Shown: positions 8,442-19,544, numbered from the stretch's first letter. The stretch is 64,000 nucleotides of DNA from Candidatus Multivorans sp. (GCA_965224025.1 OZ245033.1:2848001-2912000), one strand, 5' to 3'. Numbers and translations: made by a program. Notes: generated from the letters alone by a model not told the origin.

Positions 8442-9806
8442 TTACTCGATGTGGGTGCTGTACAGGTAGTCGTTGAGGATGCTCTCGAGCTCCTCCTGGC
8501 GGCCGCTGATCTTCGGCGGTTCGCCGAGTCGTCCGGCCCAGTCCTCGAGTTCCTCGAGGGTGGTCTCGCCGGCCAGGAGCTTGCGGCCGAGGCCGCGGCG
8601 GTAGCCGGCGTAGCGCTGCCGAATCCGCTTGCCGGCGAGGCCGAGGACGCCGTCCTTCCGGATGCGGTCGACGATCAGGAGCGCCTTGGCGAAGACGTCC
8701 ATCGACGCGATGTGGGCGTAGAACAGGTCAACGGTGTCAAAGGAGCCGCGACGGACCTTGGCGTCGAAGTTCAGGCCGCCCCAGCGCAGGCCGCCCTGGC
8801 CCTGGATGATGAGCAGGGCCAGGACGCATTCGCGGAGGCTCATGGCGAAGTTGTCCGTGTCCCAGCCGACGCCTTCCAGACCGCGGTTGATGTCGACGCT
8901 GCCGAGCATTCCGGCGCCCGCCGCGGTCGCCAGCTCGTGTTCGAAGGAGTGGGTGGCGAGCGTCGCGTGATTCGCCTCGACGTTGAGCAGGAAGTCGTCT
9001 GTCAGCTCGAACTCGCGCAGGAAGTTCAGGCAGTGCCCGCAGTCGAAATCGTACTGGTGGATGGAGGGTTCCTTCGCCTTGGGTTCGAGGAAGAACCTGC
9101 CCTTGAAGCCATGGCGCCGGGCGTAGTCGACGGCGAGCCGGAGGAAGGCGGCCAGTTGCTCGCGTTCGCGGCGCATGTCCGTGTTGATCAGCGAGGTGTA
9201 GCCCTCTCGGCCGCCCCAGAACACGTATCCGGCGCCGCCGAGTTCGATCGTGGCGTCGATGGCGCGCCGGACCTGGGCGGCCGCGTGGGCGAAGACCCGG
9301 GGATCCGGGTTCGTCGCCGCGCCGTGGGTGTAGCGCGGGTGGCCGAACAGGTTCGCCGTGCCCCAGAGCAGCTTGACGCCGGTCTCGCGCTGCCGGATTC
9401 GCGCCAGTTGGACGATCTCCTCCAGGTACTCGTTGCTCTCGGCGACAGAGCGGCCTTCGGGCGCGATGTCCCGGTCGTGGAAGCAGTAGTAGCGCACGCC
9501 GAGCTTGGTGAAGAACTCGAACGCGGCGTTGAGCGTCCGCTGGGCGACCTCGATCGGTGTCGACGCGTGGCTCCAGGGGCGGTCGTACACGGGATCCGGT
9601 CCGAACGGGTCCTGGCCGCCGCCCTTCAAGGTGTGCCAGTAGGCGACCGCGAACTTGAGTTGCCGCTCCATCGTGGAGCGGCCGACCTTCCGCGTGCGGT
9701 CGTAGTACTTGAACGCGAGCGGGTCGCGGCTGTCGGGGCCTTGGAAAGGGATCGCCGTCTGGATCTCCGGGAAGAACGGCTCGACTTGGGGGAAGAAGGG
9801 CGTCAT
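8442..9806 (-). CDS. xylA: Xylose isomerase (class II)
   Basis: FAVAYWHT, CFHDRD, FWGGREGY, LEPKAKEP, NVEANHATLA, GWDTD, GGLNFDAK. Confidence 0.97.
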   Translation of the reverse strand: MTPFFPQVEPFFPEIQTAIPFQGPDSRDPLAFKYYDRTRKVGRSTMERQLKFAVAYWHTLKGGGQDPFGPDPVYDRPWSHASTPIEVAQRTLNAAFEFFTKLGVRYYCFHDRDIAPEGRSVAESNEYLEEIVQLARIRQRETGVKLLWGTANLFGHPRYTHGAATNPDPRVFAHAAAQVRRAIDATIELGGAGYVFWGGREGYTSLINTDMRREREQLAAFLRLAVDYARRHGFKGRFFLEPKAKEPSIHQYDFDCGHCLNFLREFELTDDFLLNVEANHATLATHSFEHELATAAGAGMLGSVDINRGLEGVGWDTDNFAMSLRECVLALLIIQGQGGLRWGGLNFDAKVRRGSFDTVDLFYAHIASMDVFAKALLIVDRIRKDGVLGLAGKRIRQRYAGYRRGLGRKLLAGETTLEELEDWAGRLGEPPKISGRQEELESILNDYLYSTHIE

Positions 9807-9832
9807 AGGGCAGCCTCCTCTGGCCGACCGCG

Positions 9833-10828
9833 TCAGTTGTCCTCGAACGCGGCGTCGAAGGCGATCGCCGAGGGCGAGAAGTCGAGCGCCCTCACGAAGT
9901 CGGCCGCTTCGGCGGCGCCGTGCTCGCGGTCCATGCCCGAATCCTCCCATTCGACAGAGAGCGGGCCGTGGTACCCGATGTCGTTCAGCGCCCGGATGAT
10001 CTCCTCGAAGTCCACCGAGCCGCGGCCGGGCGAGCGGAAGTCCCAGAACCGGCGGTGATCGCCGAAGTTCGTGTGGCCGCCGAAGACGCCGCAGGGCGTG
10101 GGCTGGTCGGACCACCAGGCGTCCTTGATGTGGACGTGAAAGATGCGTTCGTGGAAGCGGCGGACGAAGTCCACGTAGTCGACGCCCTGATAGCCGAGAT
10201 GGCTCGGATCGTAGTTGAAGCCGAACGCGGGATGCCCGTCCACGGCTTCGATGGCGCGTTCGGCGCTGACCGTGTCGAAGGCGATCTCGGTCGGATGGAC
10301 TTCAAGGCCAAACCGGACCCCGAGCTCCTGGTACGCGTCGAGGATCGGAGTCCAGCGGGCGGCGAAGTCGGCGAAGCCGTCGTCGATCATGGCGGGCGGC
10401 ACCGGCGGGAAGGAGTAGAGCAGGTGCCAGATCGAACTGCCGACGAAGCCGTTCACGACCGAGAGCCCCAGCGCCCTGGCCGCTTCGCCGGTGCGGATCA
10501 TCTCGTCGGCGGCCCGCTTCCGCACCTCTTCCGGATCGCCGTTGCCCCACACGCGCGGCGGCAGGATCGCTTCGTGCCGGGCGTCGATCCTGTCGCAGAC
10601 GGCCTGACCGACCAGGTGGTTGCTGATCGCGAACAGTTTCAGGCCGTGCTCTTCGAGCAGTTCCCGGCGCGAGGCCGCGTAGGCGTCAGAGCACAGGTCG
10701 ACCTCCACGTGATCGCCCCAGCAGGCGAGTTCGGCGCCGTCGTAGCCGAAGTCGCGGACGAGCGGGCAGAGATCGGCGACGGGCAGGTCGGCCCACTGGC
10801 CGGTGAACAGGGTAACGGGTCGGGCCAC
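9833..10828 (-). CDS. Sugar phosphate isomerase/epimerase (IolE/MocC-like TIM barrel)
   Basis: [42 protein letters not shown]. Confidence 0.9.
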   Translation of the reverse strand: MARPVTLFTGQWADLPVADLCPLVRDFGYDGAELACWGDHVEVDLCSDAYAASRRELLEEHGLKLFAISNHLVGQAVCDRIDARHEAILPPRVWGNGDPEEVRKRAADEMIRTGEAARALGLSVVNGFVGSSIWHLLYSFPPVPPAMIDDGFADFAARWTPILDAYQELGVRFGLEVHPTEIAFDTVSAERAIEAVDGHPAFGFNYDPSHLGYQGVDYVDFVRRFHERIFHVHIKDAWWSDQPTPCGVFGGHTNFGDHRRFWDFRSPGRGSVDFEEIIRALNDIGYHGPLSVEWEDSGMDREHGAAEAADFVRALDFSPSAIAFDAAFEDN

Positions 10829-10888
10829 GGTGCGTCTCCTACTGGTTGCTGCCTTCTTTCGTTGGGGTGTGGCGCTTGTGTGCCGCGG

Positions 10889-12046
10889 TCAGGCGGGCAT
10901 CCCGAGCCACTTCTGGTCGCTCTCGCTGCTGGCGACGACCGTCTCGATGAACTGCATCCCGCGCAGGCCGTCGTGGACGGTGGGGAAGTCGAGCATGGTT
11001 TCGCCGGGCTCGACGTCGCGCCGCCGGCAGTCGAGCGTCCGGGCGAAGTTCCGGTACAGGTTGGCGAAGGCCTCAAGGAACCCCTCGGGGTGTCCGGCCG
11101 GCAGCCTGGTATGCGCCGCGGCGTCCTCACACAGTCCCTGGCCGGAGGTGCGGAGGATCTCGCGAGGCCGGTCGAGCCACATGAGGAGCAGCGTGTTCGG
11201 CTCTTCGTGGCGCCACTCCAGGCCGCCCGTTTGGCCGTAGACGCGGATCGCCAGCGCGTTCTCCTCGTCGATCGAGATCTGGGAGGCGTAGAGCACGCCG
11301 CGGGCGCCGTTGTCGAAGCGCAGGAGCACGTTGCCGTCGTCCTCCAGCGGCCGGCCGTCGACGAACGTGGTCAGGTCGGCGCACAGCGACTCGATCCGCA
11401 GCCCGGTGATCGCTTCGGCGAGGTTCTCGGCGTGGGTGCCGATGTCGCCGATGCAGCAACTGATGCCGGCGCGCTCCGGGTCCGTTCGCCAGTCCGCCTG
11501 CTTCTGCCCCTCCGCTTCGAGCCGCGTGGCGAGCCAGCCCTGCGGATACTCGACGACGATCTTGCGTATCTCGCCGAGCTGGCCGCTGCGGACCCGGTGC
11601 CGGGCCTCCTTGACCATCGGGTAGCCGGTGTAGTTGTGGGTCAGCCCGAAGACGAGACCGGTCCGCTCGACGAGCTCGACCAGCGCTTCCGCCTCGGCGG
11701 CCGACTTCGTCATCGGCTTGTCGCTCATCACGTGGAAGCCGGCTTCGAGCGCGGCTTTCGCAACCGGGAAGTGCATGTGATTCGGGGTCACGATGGAGAC
11801 GAAGTCCATCCGTTCGGCCGTGTCGAGGGCGGCTTCGCGCTCCATCATCTTCTGGTACGTGCCGTAGCAGCGTTCCGGTGGCAGGAAGAGCTCGGCGCCC
11901 GAGGCCCTGGAGCGTTCGGGATCCGAGCTGAAGGCGCCACAGACGAGTTCGATCAGGCCATCGAGGCCCGCCGCCATGCGGTGGACGGCGCCGATGAAGG
12001 CGCCCTGGCCGCCGCCGACCATGCCCATGCGGATCTTCCGTTCCAT
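10889..12046 (-). CDS. Gfo/Idh/MocA-family oxidoreductase
   Basis: [36 protein letters not shown]. Confidence 0.93.
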   Translation of the reverse strand: MERKIRMGMVGGGQGAFIGAVHRMAAGLDGLIELVCGAFSSDPERSRASGAELFLPPERCYGTYQKMMEREAALDTAERMDFVSIVTPNHMHFPVAKAALEAGFHVMSDKPMTKSAAEAEALVELVERTGLVFGLTHNYTGYPMVKEARHRVRSGQLGEIRKIVVEYPQGWLATRLEAEGQKQADWRTDPERAGISCCIGDIGTHAENLAEAITGLRIESLCADLTTFVDGRPLEDDGNVLLRFDNGARGVLYASQISIDEENALAIRVYGQTGGLEWRHEEPNTLLLMWLDRPREILRTSGQGLCEDAAAHTRLPAGHPEGFLEAFANLYRNFARTLDCRRRDVEPGETMLDFPTVHDGLRGMQFIETVVASSESDQKWLGMPA

Positions 12047-12104
12047 CGCGCGCTCCCTCGTGGTGCGATCCGGGAGCGTACCGCAAAGGAAGCCGCGCTT
12101 GGCC

Positions 12105-13550
12105 CTACTCGGCAGCCTCCAACCGGGCCCCTTCCTCGATCGCGTACAGCTCCGAGCGGGTCGCCACGTAGAGCACGCCGTCCTTGGCGAGGGGTGTCGT
12201 GTAGACGGCCCCCTCCATGAACACCTCGTTGATCAGGTTCTCCTCGCGACCGGTCGCGAGGATCGCGACTTCGCCGTCCTCGTCGCCGATATAGATCTTG
12301 CCGTCCACGACGAAGGTCGAACCCCAGATCGCGGCGTACGCGTGGTGCATCCACTGGAGTTCGCCGGTCTCCTCGTCGAAGCAGTAGACGTGGCCCGAGA
12401 GGTCGGCGATGTAGACCAGGCCGTCATGCACGGACGCGGTCGACATCGTGCGGTGGAAGTCGTCGCCTCCGACGTGCCAGATCTCGCCCGACTCCGTGAT
12501 GTCGCCGGTTCCGGAGGCGTCGATCTTGTAGAAGTGGCCGGGGCCCTCTCCGTGCTCCGGATCCTGGCCGACGCCGATGTACACGACGTCGTGGTGGAAC
12601 ACGGGCGTGGAGATGATGTTGTTCCGGCTGCCCTTGCCGCCGAGTTCCCACACGGACTCCCTGGGATTCGCGTCGAAGGTCCAGATCAGTTCGCCGGTGT
12701 CCGGCGCGAAGGAGTAGACGACGCCCTCGCCCCCCGGGATGACGATCTGCTCCCGGCCGCCGCCAACACCGGCTGCCGGATTGGACCAGGTCCCGTGGAG
12801 GATCTTTTCCATCGGGTGGGCGCTCTCCCAAACCAGTTCGCCGGTGTGCTTGTTGAGCGCCACGAAGCTCGGACCGAGCGGGGAGGGGATGTTGATGTGC
12901 CCCTCGTCGACGCCCTGGCCGGTGGTCGCGACGACGACGTCGCCGACCACCAGGGGCGAACCGGCGGCGAGATTGTGGGGGAAGACGTCGAGCTCGGCGA
13001 TCGTGTCGTAGATCCAGAGGATGTCGGCGTCCTGTTCGTCGCCGTACTGCTCGTCTTGCAGTCCATCGTTGCCGTCGGCGAAGCCGTCGATATCGACCGC
13101 CACGAACTCCCCCCGGTTGGAGACGTAGTAGGCGACGCCGTCCTCGATGTAGGGGGTTGAGCAGATGCCCTGGAGCGGCCAGTCGTTGACTCGTCCGGCC
13201 GGCAGCTTGTCGTGCGTGGCCTGCCACAGCAGTTCGCCGTCGCTCTCGCGGAAGGCCATCAGAATGCCCTTGTCGCCGACGATGCCGGGCCGGCGTTCGC
13301 CCTCGTTGTTCGTGCCGACGAAGACCTTGCCGTCGTAGATGATGGGCCCGGCATAGGTCTGGGAGCCGAGCTTCTGCTTCCACTTGATGTTCTTGCCGGA
13401 CAGGATGTCCCAGTCCGTCGGGACGCCGGTCTCGGTCGACACCATGTTGCGCGAAGGCGTCAGGCCGAACATGGCCGGCGGATCCTCCGCCAGCGCCGCA
13501 GCGGCGCCGGTCGAGATCAGGAACGCCGCGACAACGGTCCCCTTTGTCAT
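12105..13550 (-). CDS. Secreted PQQ-like beta-propeller repeat protein
   Basis: Signal peptide; repeated 'TGELxW' blades. Confidence 0.85.
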   Translation of the reverse strand: MTKGTVVAAFLISTGAAAALAEDPPAMFGLTPSRNMVSTETGVPTDWDILSGKNIKWKQKLGSQTYAGPIIYDGKVFVGTNNEGERRPGIVGDKGILMAFRESDGELLWQATHDKLPAGRVNDWPLQGICSTPYIEDGVAYYVSNRGEFVAVDIDGFADGNDGLQDEQYGDEQDADILWIYDTIAELDVFPHNLAAGSPLVVGDVVVATTGQGVDEGHINIPSPLGPSFVALNKHTGELVWESAHPMEKILHGTWSNPAAGVGGGREQIVIPGGEGVVYSFAPDTGELIWTFDANPRESVWELGGKGSRNNIISTPVFHHDVVYIGVGQDPEHGEGPGHFYKIDASGTGDITESGEIWHVGGDDFHRTMSTASVHDGLVYIADLSGHVYCFDEETGELQWMHHAYAAIWGSTFVVDGKIYIGDEDGEVAILATGREENLINEVFMEGAVYTTPLAKDGVLYVATRSELYAIEEGARLEAAE

Positions 13551-13619
13551 GCTCTGCTCCTCGGGTTCAGTGGATCGTCTTGCCCTCTCTGGCTAGCCCA
13601 TCGATTGCACTTCGAGTGC

Positions 13620-15800
13620 TCAGTTGCTGGTGATGCGAACGTTGTCGTAGGAGACGGCGGACGGCGAATAGCCGAGCAGGCCCGGCGAACCGTTTCGGAT
13701 CGGGTGGGGGTCCTCGGCCGTGATCGTCCACTCGGCCGGTTCCTCTTCGTCGCGGGGCCACACCTTGCCGCGGATCGTCGCCGTATCGCCCTCTGCTTCC
13801 ACCTGCAGTTTCATGGTGTACCAACGATCCATCTCGAACGCGTAGTCGACCTTCTGCTCAACGCGTAGCTCGGCGGACCAGGAGCGGATCTGGAGGCGTT
13901 GGTGGATGCCCATCATGTCGAGGATGTAGCCGCTGTTGATCAAGCCTGAGTCGGACTTGCGGCGGCCCTTCTGCGAGTTGCGCACGTCGGCCTGGATCGT
14001 GTAGTTGCCGAGCGAGGGTGGGCCGAGAAGAAGCGGCGAGCGCAGCAGGCCACGCTCCGCGACCGGCTTGACCAGGGTGCTTTCGCCGCCTTCTTCCGCG
14101 ATGTCGTAGCGGCCGCCGCCGATCCAGTAGCCGCGCTTGCCGGCGGAGAAGTCCTCAGTCCAGGGCAGGGGCGGGAAGACCCGGATGCGGGCCTCGGCGG
14201 TGAGGTCGCCGCTGGTCGCGACCAGCGCGCCGGCCTGGAAGCCCGAGTCGTCGGCGAAGCGGAGGGCGCCGCCCGCAACCTCCGCCTCGAGCCCCTGGAG
14301 CGACCAGTCGGCTTCCACCGCGCCGAGCGGCCGGCCGAGAGCGTCGTAGGCGAAGACCTCGAAGTCGTGACTTTCGCCGGGATTGGCCCTGATCTCGGCG
14401 GGCGCCACGAGCAGTGTCGCCGGCGGTCCTTCGGGCTCGCCCTCGTCGCCGCGGCTCGGAAGTGGGGAGGCCGCGACCTCGAACGGCGCGTCCTTGTCGC
14501 CCAGGCAGTAGACGCCTTCCTCGGTCGTGAAGTAGATGCGGCCGTAGGCGATCGCCGCCGAGCCGTAGAGCTCCGCGTACCGGCCGTCCGGAACCTTCAG
14601 TTGGTGCCGGGCGAGGATCTCGGCGCTCGTGTCTCCGGGCCGGATGATCGCGAAGTGACCGTTCGTCTCGCCGGCGTAGATCTTGCCGTCGGCCCACACG
14701 GGCGACGCCTTGCCGACCGTGCCGATGCTGAGTTCCCAATAGACCTCGCCGGTGTCCGTATCCACCGCGGCCAGGTTGCCGGAGTTGTTCACGACGTAGA
14801 GGCGGCCGTCGTGCAGCGCCGGCGACGGGAAACCGGCCTTGTTGCGGTTCCACCGCCACAGTTCGCCGGTCTTCGTGAGGTCGCCGCTGCCCGTGCCGTC
14901 GATTGCGATGACGCGGCCGAGGGTGCCTTCGTCGATGTTCTCCTCGCTGTGGGAGATGAAGACTCTGCCCTGGTCGTCGACCACGGGCGAGGAGTTGATG
15001 CCCCGTTTCGAGAGATTGAACTCCCAGACCTTTTTGCCGGTGCGGGCTTGCAGCGCGTAGATGCGCCCATCCGCGTTGCCGGCGATCAAGAGTCTCTGAC
15101 CGTTGATCACGGTCACGATCGGGACCGATTGCGTGTTCCGGTCGTAGACGGCGCCGCCCGGCGTCGACATCCACTGCACCGCGCCGGTCCGCTTGTCGAA
15201 TGCGTAGTAGCGGTGGCGAGGCGGGCCCTGGGCGCCCCAGCTCCCGTTGTTCATGTTGACGATGATCAGATCCTCGTCGATCACCGGGGAAGCGGTCCTG
15301 CCGCCGTAGCCCTCGAACCGTCCGTGCTCTTCCTTGAGGGAGCGCGACCAGACGAGATTGCCGTCGCTGTCGTGGCAGAGGAAGAGCCCGCTGACCAACT
15401 GGGCGTAGACGTAGCCGGTCTCGGGATCGCCGGTGAGGGAAGCCCATCCGACCCGGTTGAGCGCCACCGTGGTCAGGTAGAGGTTGTACCGGCGCTCCCA
15501 GATGGGCTCGCCGGTGCCGGCGTCGAACGCCGCGACGACCGCCTGCTCGTGGATTCCCGAGCCGGCGCGCCCGTTGACGAACACGCGCCCGCCCATCACG
15601 ACCGGCGTCGAGCGGGCGACGAAGTTTTGGCGCCAGATCAGGTTCTCGCCCTCCGGGCTCCAGGTGTCGATCAGGGCGGTCTGGGGCGAATAGCCGTTCT
15701 GGTACGGGCCGCGCCAGGAGGACCACTCCTCGGCCGGCAGCGATGCGGCGGCCAGCGCCAGAACGAGCAGGAATGAACAGGACGTTGGGCGGTTCCTCAT
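13620..15800 (-). CDS. Secreted PQQ-like beta-propeller protein with C-terminal beta-sandwich domain
   Basis: Signal peptide, WSSWRGP, repeated TGxxxW blades; GGAG before ATG 15800. Confidence 0.85.
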   Translation of the reverse strand: MRNRPTSCSFLLVLALAAASLPAEEWSSWRGPYQNGYSPQTALIDTWSPEGENLIWRQNFVARSTPVVMGGRVFVNGRAGSGIHEQAVVAAFDAGTGEPIWERRYNLYLTTVALNRVGWASLTGDPETGYVYAQLVSGLFLCHDSDGNLVWSRSLKEEHGRFEGYGGRTASPVIDEDLIIVNMNNGSWGAQGPPRHRYYAFDKRTGAVQWMSTPGGAVYDRNTQSVPIVTVINGQRLLIAGNADGRIYALQARTGKKVWEFNLSKRGINSSPVVDDQGRVFISHSEENIDEGTLGRVIAIDGTGSGDLTKTGELWRWNRNKAGFPSPALHDGRLYVVNNSGNLAAVDTDTGEVYWELSIGTVGKASPVWADGKIYAGETNGHFAIIRPGDTSAEILARHQLKVPDGRYAELYGSAAIAYGRIYFTTEEGVYCLGDKDAPFEVAASPLPSRGDEGEPEGPPATLLVAPAEIRANPGESHDFEVFAYDALGRPLGAVEADWSLQGLEAEVAGGALRFADDSGFQAGALVATSGDLTAEARIRVFPPLPWTEDFSAGKRGYWIGGGRYDIAEEGGESTLVKPVAERGLLRSPLLLGPPSLGNYTIQADVRNSQKGRRKSDSGLINSGYILDMMGIHQRLQIRSWSAELRVEQKVDYAFEMDRWYTMKLQVEAEGDTATIRGKVWPRDEEEPAEWTITAEDPHPIRNGSPGLLGYSPSAVSYDNVRITSN

Positions 15801-15920
15801 CTCGGCTCCTTGCCAGGGTGTCGGGAAGCGGGCAGCGGCCCGCACGCGGCGCTCATTCTAGGCAGATTCGCCCCGGACCCGCTCTCGCGTCGGGTGTTCG
15901 TGCTTCCGCGGACGGTGGCT

Positions 15921-16868
15921 CTACTCGGCTTCCTCGGCTTCCTCGGCCGCCTGCGCCGCGGCCATCCGCTCCTGCCAGTTGGAGGGATAGATCATCGCCA
16001 TGAGCATCGATTGCTCGGACTGGTACTGCACCATGGCGCCCTTCGGCAGCCAGATGGTGTCGCCCGGCCCGACCTCGTGGCTGTCCTCGCCGGAGAGGAT
16101 CGTGAGGTGTCCGTCGAGGTTGTAGAGGTACTCGTCGAACATCATCGGGCGCTGTTCCTGGGTATCGAAGTTGTCCAGCACGGTGAGGGCGCAGTGCAGG
16201 TTGTCGCTGACCGCGACCACGCCCGGCGTGCTGGCCGGCCCGACATCGGAGCCGGTGCTGATGCCCGGCGCGAACGCCACGATCTGGCGGTCGGCGGCCG
16301 CGACGAAGGACACCGGCGCCGGTTCGCCCTCCATCGACCAGTTCTCGTCCGCGGGCTGCCAGTCGACCGGGTAGACGGCGACGATGTTCGTCGCCCTCTC
16401 GGTCGCCTCTATCCTCTTCGCGACTGTGCCCTTCGGTATCCACAGACCGTCGCCCGGGCCGAGTTCGTACACCGCGTCCTCCGTCTCGATCGTCAGGATC
16501 CCCCCCTCGAGGCCGTAGAGGTACTCGTCGTACGTGTACGTCCAGTTCTCGAGCAGGTAGTTCTCCCAGCGCGCGATGACGTTCGCCATCGTCGTGCTTC
16601 CGGCCACCGAGCCCATCGCGTTCGGGTCGCCGACATCCGTCGCCGTCATCAGAGCCGTGTTGCCGGGTGTGAGTTCGTGGAACTCACGGGCGTCGCCCTC
16701 GATGACGACGATCTCTCCGACCGGCGCCGGCACTTCCCGCATCGCAGGCTCCTCGGCTGGAGCTTCCACCTCTTCTTCGGCCGCGGCGCAGGCGAGGAGG
16801 ACGACGCCCACTGCAAGCACGCTGAGAGCCAGGATCGGGGTTCTTCGGACAGGCTGGATAGACAACAT
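15921..16868 (-). CDS. Putative lipoprotein with two EutQ-like cupin domains
   Basis: Lipobox VLLAC; twice 'DEYLY.L.G.LTI......GPGD..W.PKG'. Confidence 0.7.
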   Translation of the reverse strand: MLSIQPVRRTPILALSVLAVGVVLLACAAAEEEVEAPAEEPAMREVPAPVGEIVVIEGDAREFHELTPGNTALMTATDVGDPNAMGSVAGSTTMANVIARWENYLLENWTYTYDEYLYGLEGGILTIETEDAVYELGPGDGLWIPKGTVAKRIEATERATNIVAVYPVDWQPADENWSMEGEPAPVSFVAAADRQIVAFAPGISTGSDVGPASTPGVVAVSDNLHCALTVLDNFDTQEQRPMMFDEYLYNLDGHLTILSGEDSHEVGPGDTIWLPKGAMVQYQSEQSMLMAMIYPSNWQERMAAAQAAEEAEEAE

Positions 16869-17099
16869 TCTGTTCTCCCTGTTGCGGAACCTCATCTCCC
16901 AATCTTCCTTAGGGAAACCTAAGAAACTTCCAGCCGCGGCAAGGAACCGAGTTTGGGCCTGCAGTCCTTTGCGGGAGACGTGTGGATAAGCCTTCGTTTG
17001 GCAACGCAGGACGCTTGCGGCAGCCGTTAGGATTGGTGTGCAGCATACTGAGCGGCCCCTTCAGGGTCAAGAAGACACAGCGCGGTCAAGAAGCACAGA

Positions 17100-19544
17100 G
17101 TGGTCAACAAGACACAGCAAAGGTGGACGCTTCGGGGGCGTCGATTCTTGTTCAGCGCGATCGTCCTGATTGCGATCGCGCTGTCGGTCGCGTGCCGGCG
17201 GGAGGGGGCTTCCGTAGCGGCCCCGCCCGAAGCTTCGGCCCCACCGCCCACCGAAGCGGCATGGAGTGAGGCGATGGGCGATCTGGCGCCGGGGGACTGG
17301 AACGTCGTGCTGATCACGATCGACACCCTCCGCGCCGACCGGCTGGGCTGCTACGGCTACGCGGATATCGAGACGCCGCACCTCGACCGTCTGGCCGGGG
17401 AGGGCATCGTGTTTGAGAAGGCGGTCACGACGGTTCCCTTCACGCTGCCCGCTCACAGTTCGATCATGACCGGCGCCTATCCGCCGATCCATGGCGTGCG
17501 GGAGAACGTCGGTTATGCCCTGGACGAGCGGCTGCCCACGCTGGCTGAAGACATGGCCGCCGCCGGCAGGCTCACCGGAGGCTTCGTCAGCGCCTTCGTC
17601 CTCGACGGTCGATGGGGGATCGACCGCGGCTTCGACCGCTACTACGACGAGTTCAAGGTCCAGGACATGGGGACGCTGAACATCGCCTCCGTTCAGCGCG
17701 AGGGGACGGAAACGATCGACCAGGCGGAGACCTGGCTGGACGAGGTAGCTGGTTCTCCCTTCCTCCTCTGGCTTCATCTCTTCGAGCCGCACGATCCCTA
17801 CGAGGCGCCCGAGCCCTTCGCGTCGCGCTATCCGAAGCGGCCCTACGACGCGGAGGTCGCCTACACGGACAGTCTGGTCGGCAGGCTGCGCGAGATGCTC
17901 GAGGGCAGGAACCTGCTCGGCCGGACTCTCCTGGTGGTTACCGGAGATCACGGCGAGGGACTCGGCGACCACGGCGAGTTCTTCCACGGCTTCTTCGTGT
18001 ACGACAGCACGGTCAGAGTGCCGCTGATCGTGCGGCTGCCGGAAGGGCGTCTCGGCGGCAGGAGCGTCGATGCGGCGGTGAGCCACGTCGATCTGCGCCC
18101 GACGATTCTGGACGCGCTCGGGCTGGAGTCGCCGCCGGTTGATTCGCGGCAGAGTGGACGCAGCCTGGTCCCGCTCCTGCTTGGTCTGGACGACGGCGAG
18201 CGGGTTGCCTACAGCGAGTCCTACTACTCGCTGTACCACTATGGCTGGGCGCCCTTGCGCGCCATTCACACTGGCCCGCTGAAGTTCATCGACGCGCCGG
18301 AACCTGAGCTCTACAGCCTGACCGAGGATCCGGGCGAGACGGAGAACGTCGTGCGCGGTACGCGGGTCGAAGCGCGGGAGCTTCGCGACCGCCTGCTGTT
18401 GATGATCCGGGACTTTGATCGTTCCGGCGCCGGCGAAGCGGCGCGGCCGGACCTGGATCAGGAAACGCTGGCGCAACTCCAGGCGCTCGGGTACCTGGCG
18501 GGCAGCGGCAGCCGCGCGGAGGCGCCCGAGGATCTGTCCGGTCTTGCCGACCCGAAGGGCAAGATCGCGGTGCACCGGGCGATCATGCTCGCTCAGAGCG
18601 ACATCGGAAAGGGCGAGACGGAGGCTGCCCGTGAGCGACTGCTGGAGGCCATCGAGCTCGATCCCGGGGTGGTCGACGCCCAGCAGATGCTCGGCAACAT
18701 CCACCAGCGCGAGGGCGACTATCCGGCCGCGATCGAGTACTTCCGGACCGCCCTGGCCCGCAATCCGGATCACCAGGCATCGCTGCTGGGTCTGGCCGAT
18801 TCGTACCTGTGGCTCGACAGACCGGAGGCCGCTCTGGCCGGTTACGAGCGGCTCCGCGGCCTGGCGCCGCAAGACAGCAAGGCGGCGATCGCCTCCACCG
18901 AGATCCTCGTCGATCTGGGGCGTCGGGCGGAGGCCCTGGAAGTCGCGGAGTCCGCGGCCCGCTATGAGCACGCCCCGGCGCTGGTCCACAACCAACACGG
19001 CGAACTGCTCACGCTTGCCGGACGGGTCGACAAGGCCGAGGGCGCCTTTGAACGCGCCATCCAGGCGAATGACCGCCCGGTGCAGCCGCATTTCAACCTG
19101 GCCGTGATCTACGAAGAGCGCGGCGAGACGGCGAGGGCGATCGAGCGCTACAAGGAAGCGCTGGCCCGGATGCCGTGGCACTACAAGACGCTGTTCAACC
19201 TCGGCCGGTTGCTGGGCCGGGAGGGAGACGTGGTGGAGCAGGAGGAGCTGTGGCAGGCAGCGATCGCCGCGAATCCAGAGTTCATCGAGGGGCACTACCT
19301 GCTGGCGAAGCTGCTAATGGACCAAGGCGGCGATCTGAAGCGGGCCGAGGAGCTGGTGCGCGCGGGTCTCGAGCACGACGAAACGCACCAGGCGGGGGCT
19401 CTCGGCTACTTCGTGCTGGCCGACATTCTCAGTCGCCTCGGCCGGACCGGGGAGGCGATGGAGGCGGTGCGCTCGGGCCGGGCCATTCAGGGGTCGCCGG
19501 GCCACTCAAGACCAGCCGATGCTGCTCGTGGTCGTCGGCGTTGA
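17100..19544 (+). CDS. Sulfatase-like hydrolase with C-terminal TPR repeats, probable lipoprotein
   Basis: LITIDTLRAD, TLPAHSSIMTG, FEPHDPY, GDHGE; helical TPR units; LSVAC lipobox. Confidence 0.9.
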   Translation: MVNKTQQRWTLRGRRFLFSAIVLIAIALSVACRREGASVAAPPEASAPPPTEAAWSEAMGDLAPGDWNVVLITIDTLRADRLGCYGYADIETPHLDRLAGEGIVFEKAVTTVPFTLPAHSSIMTGAYPPIHGVRENVGYALDERLPTLAEDMAAAGRLTGGFVSAFVLDGRWGIDRGFDRYYDEFKVQDMGTLNIASVQREGTETIDQAETWLDEVAGSPFLLWLHLFEPHDPYEAPEPFASRYPKRPYDAEVAYTDSLVGRLREMLEGRNLLGRTLLVVTGDHGEGLGDHGEFFHGFFVYDSTVRVPLIVRLPEGRLGGRSVDAAVSHVDLRPTILDALGLESPPVDSRQSGRSLVPLLLGLDDGERVAYSESYYSLYHYGWAPLRAIHTGPLKFIDAPEPELYSLTEDPGETENVVRGTRVEARELRDRLLLMIRDFDRSGAGEAARPDLDQETLAQLQALGYLAGSGSRAEAPEDLSGLADPKGKIAVHRAIMLAQSDIGKGETEAARERLLEAIELDPGVVDAQQMLGNIHQREGDYPAAIEYFRTALARNPDHQASLLGLADSYLWLDRPEAALAGYERLRGLAPQDSKAAIASTEILVDLGRRAEALEVAESAARYEHAPALVHNQHGELLTLAGRVDKAEGAFERAIQANDRPVQPHFNLAVIYEERGETARAIERYKEALARMPWHYKTLFNLGRLLGREGDVVEQEELWQAAIAANPEFIEGHYLLAKLLMDQGGDLKRAEELVRAGLEHDETHQAGALGYFVLADILSRLGRTGEAMEAVRSGRAIQGSPGHSRPADAARGRRR

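Noticed and set aside
9920-19295. Long antisense ORFs (e.g. 9920-12220 +, 17067-19295 -)
   Set aside because: Shadow ORFs of high-GC genes with no recognisable motifs.
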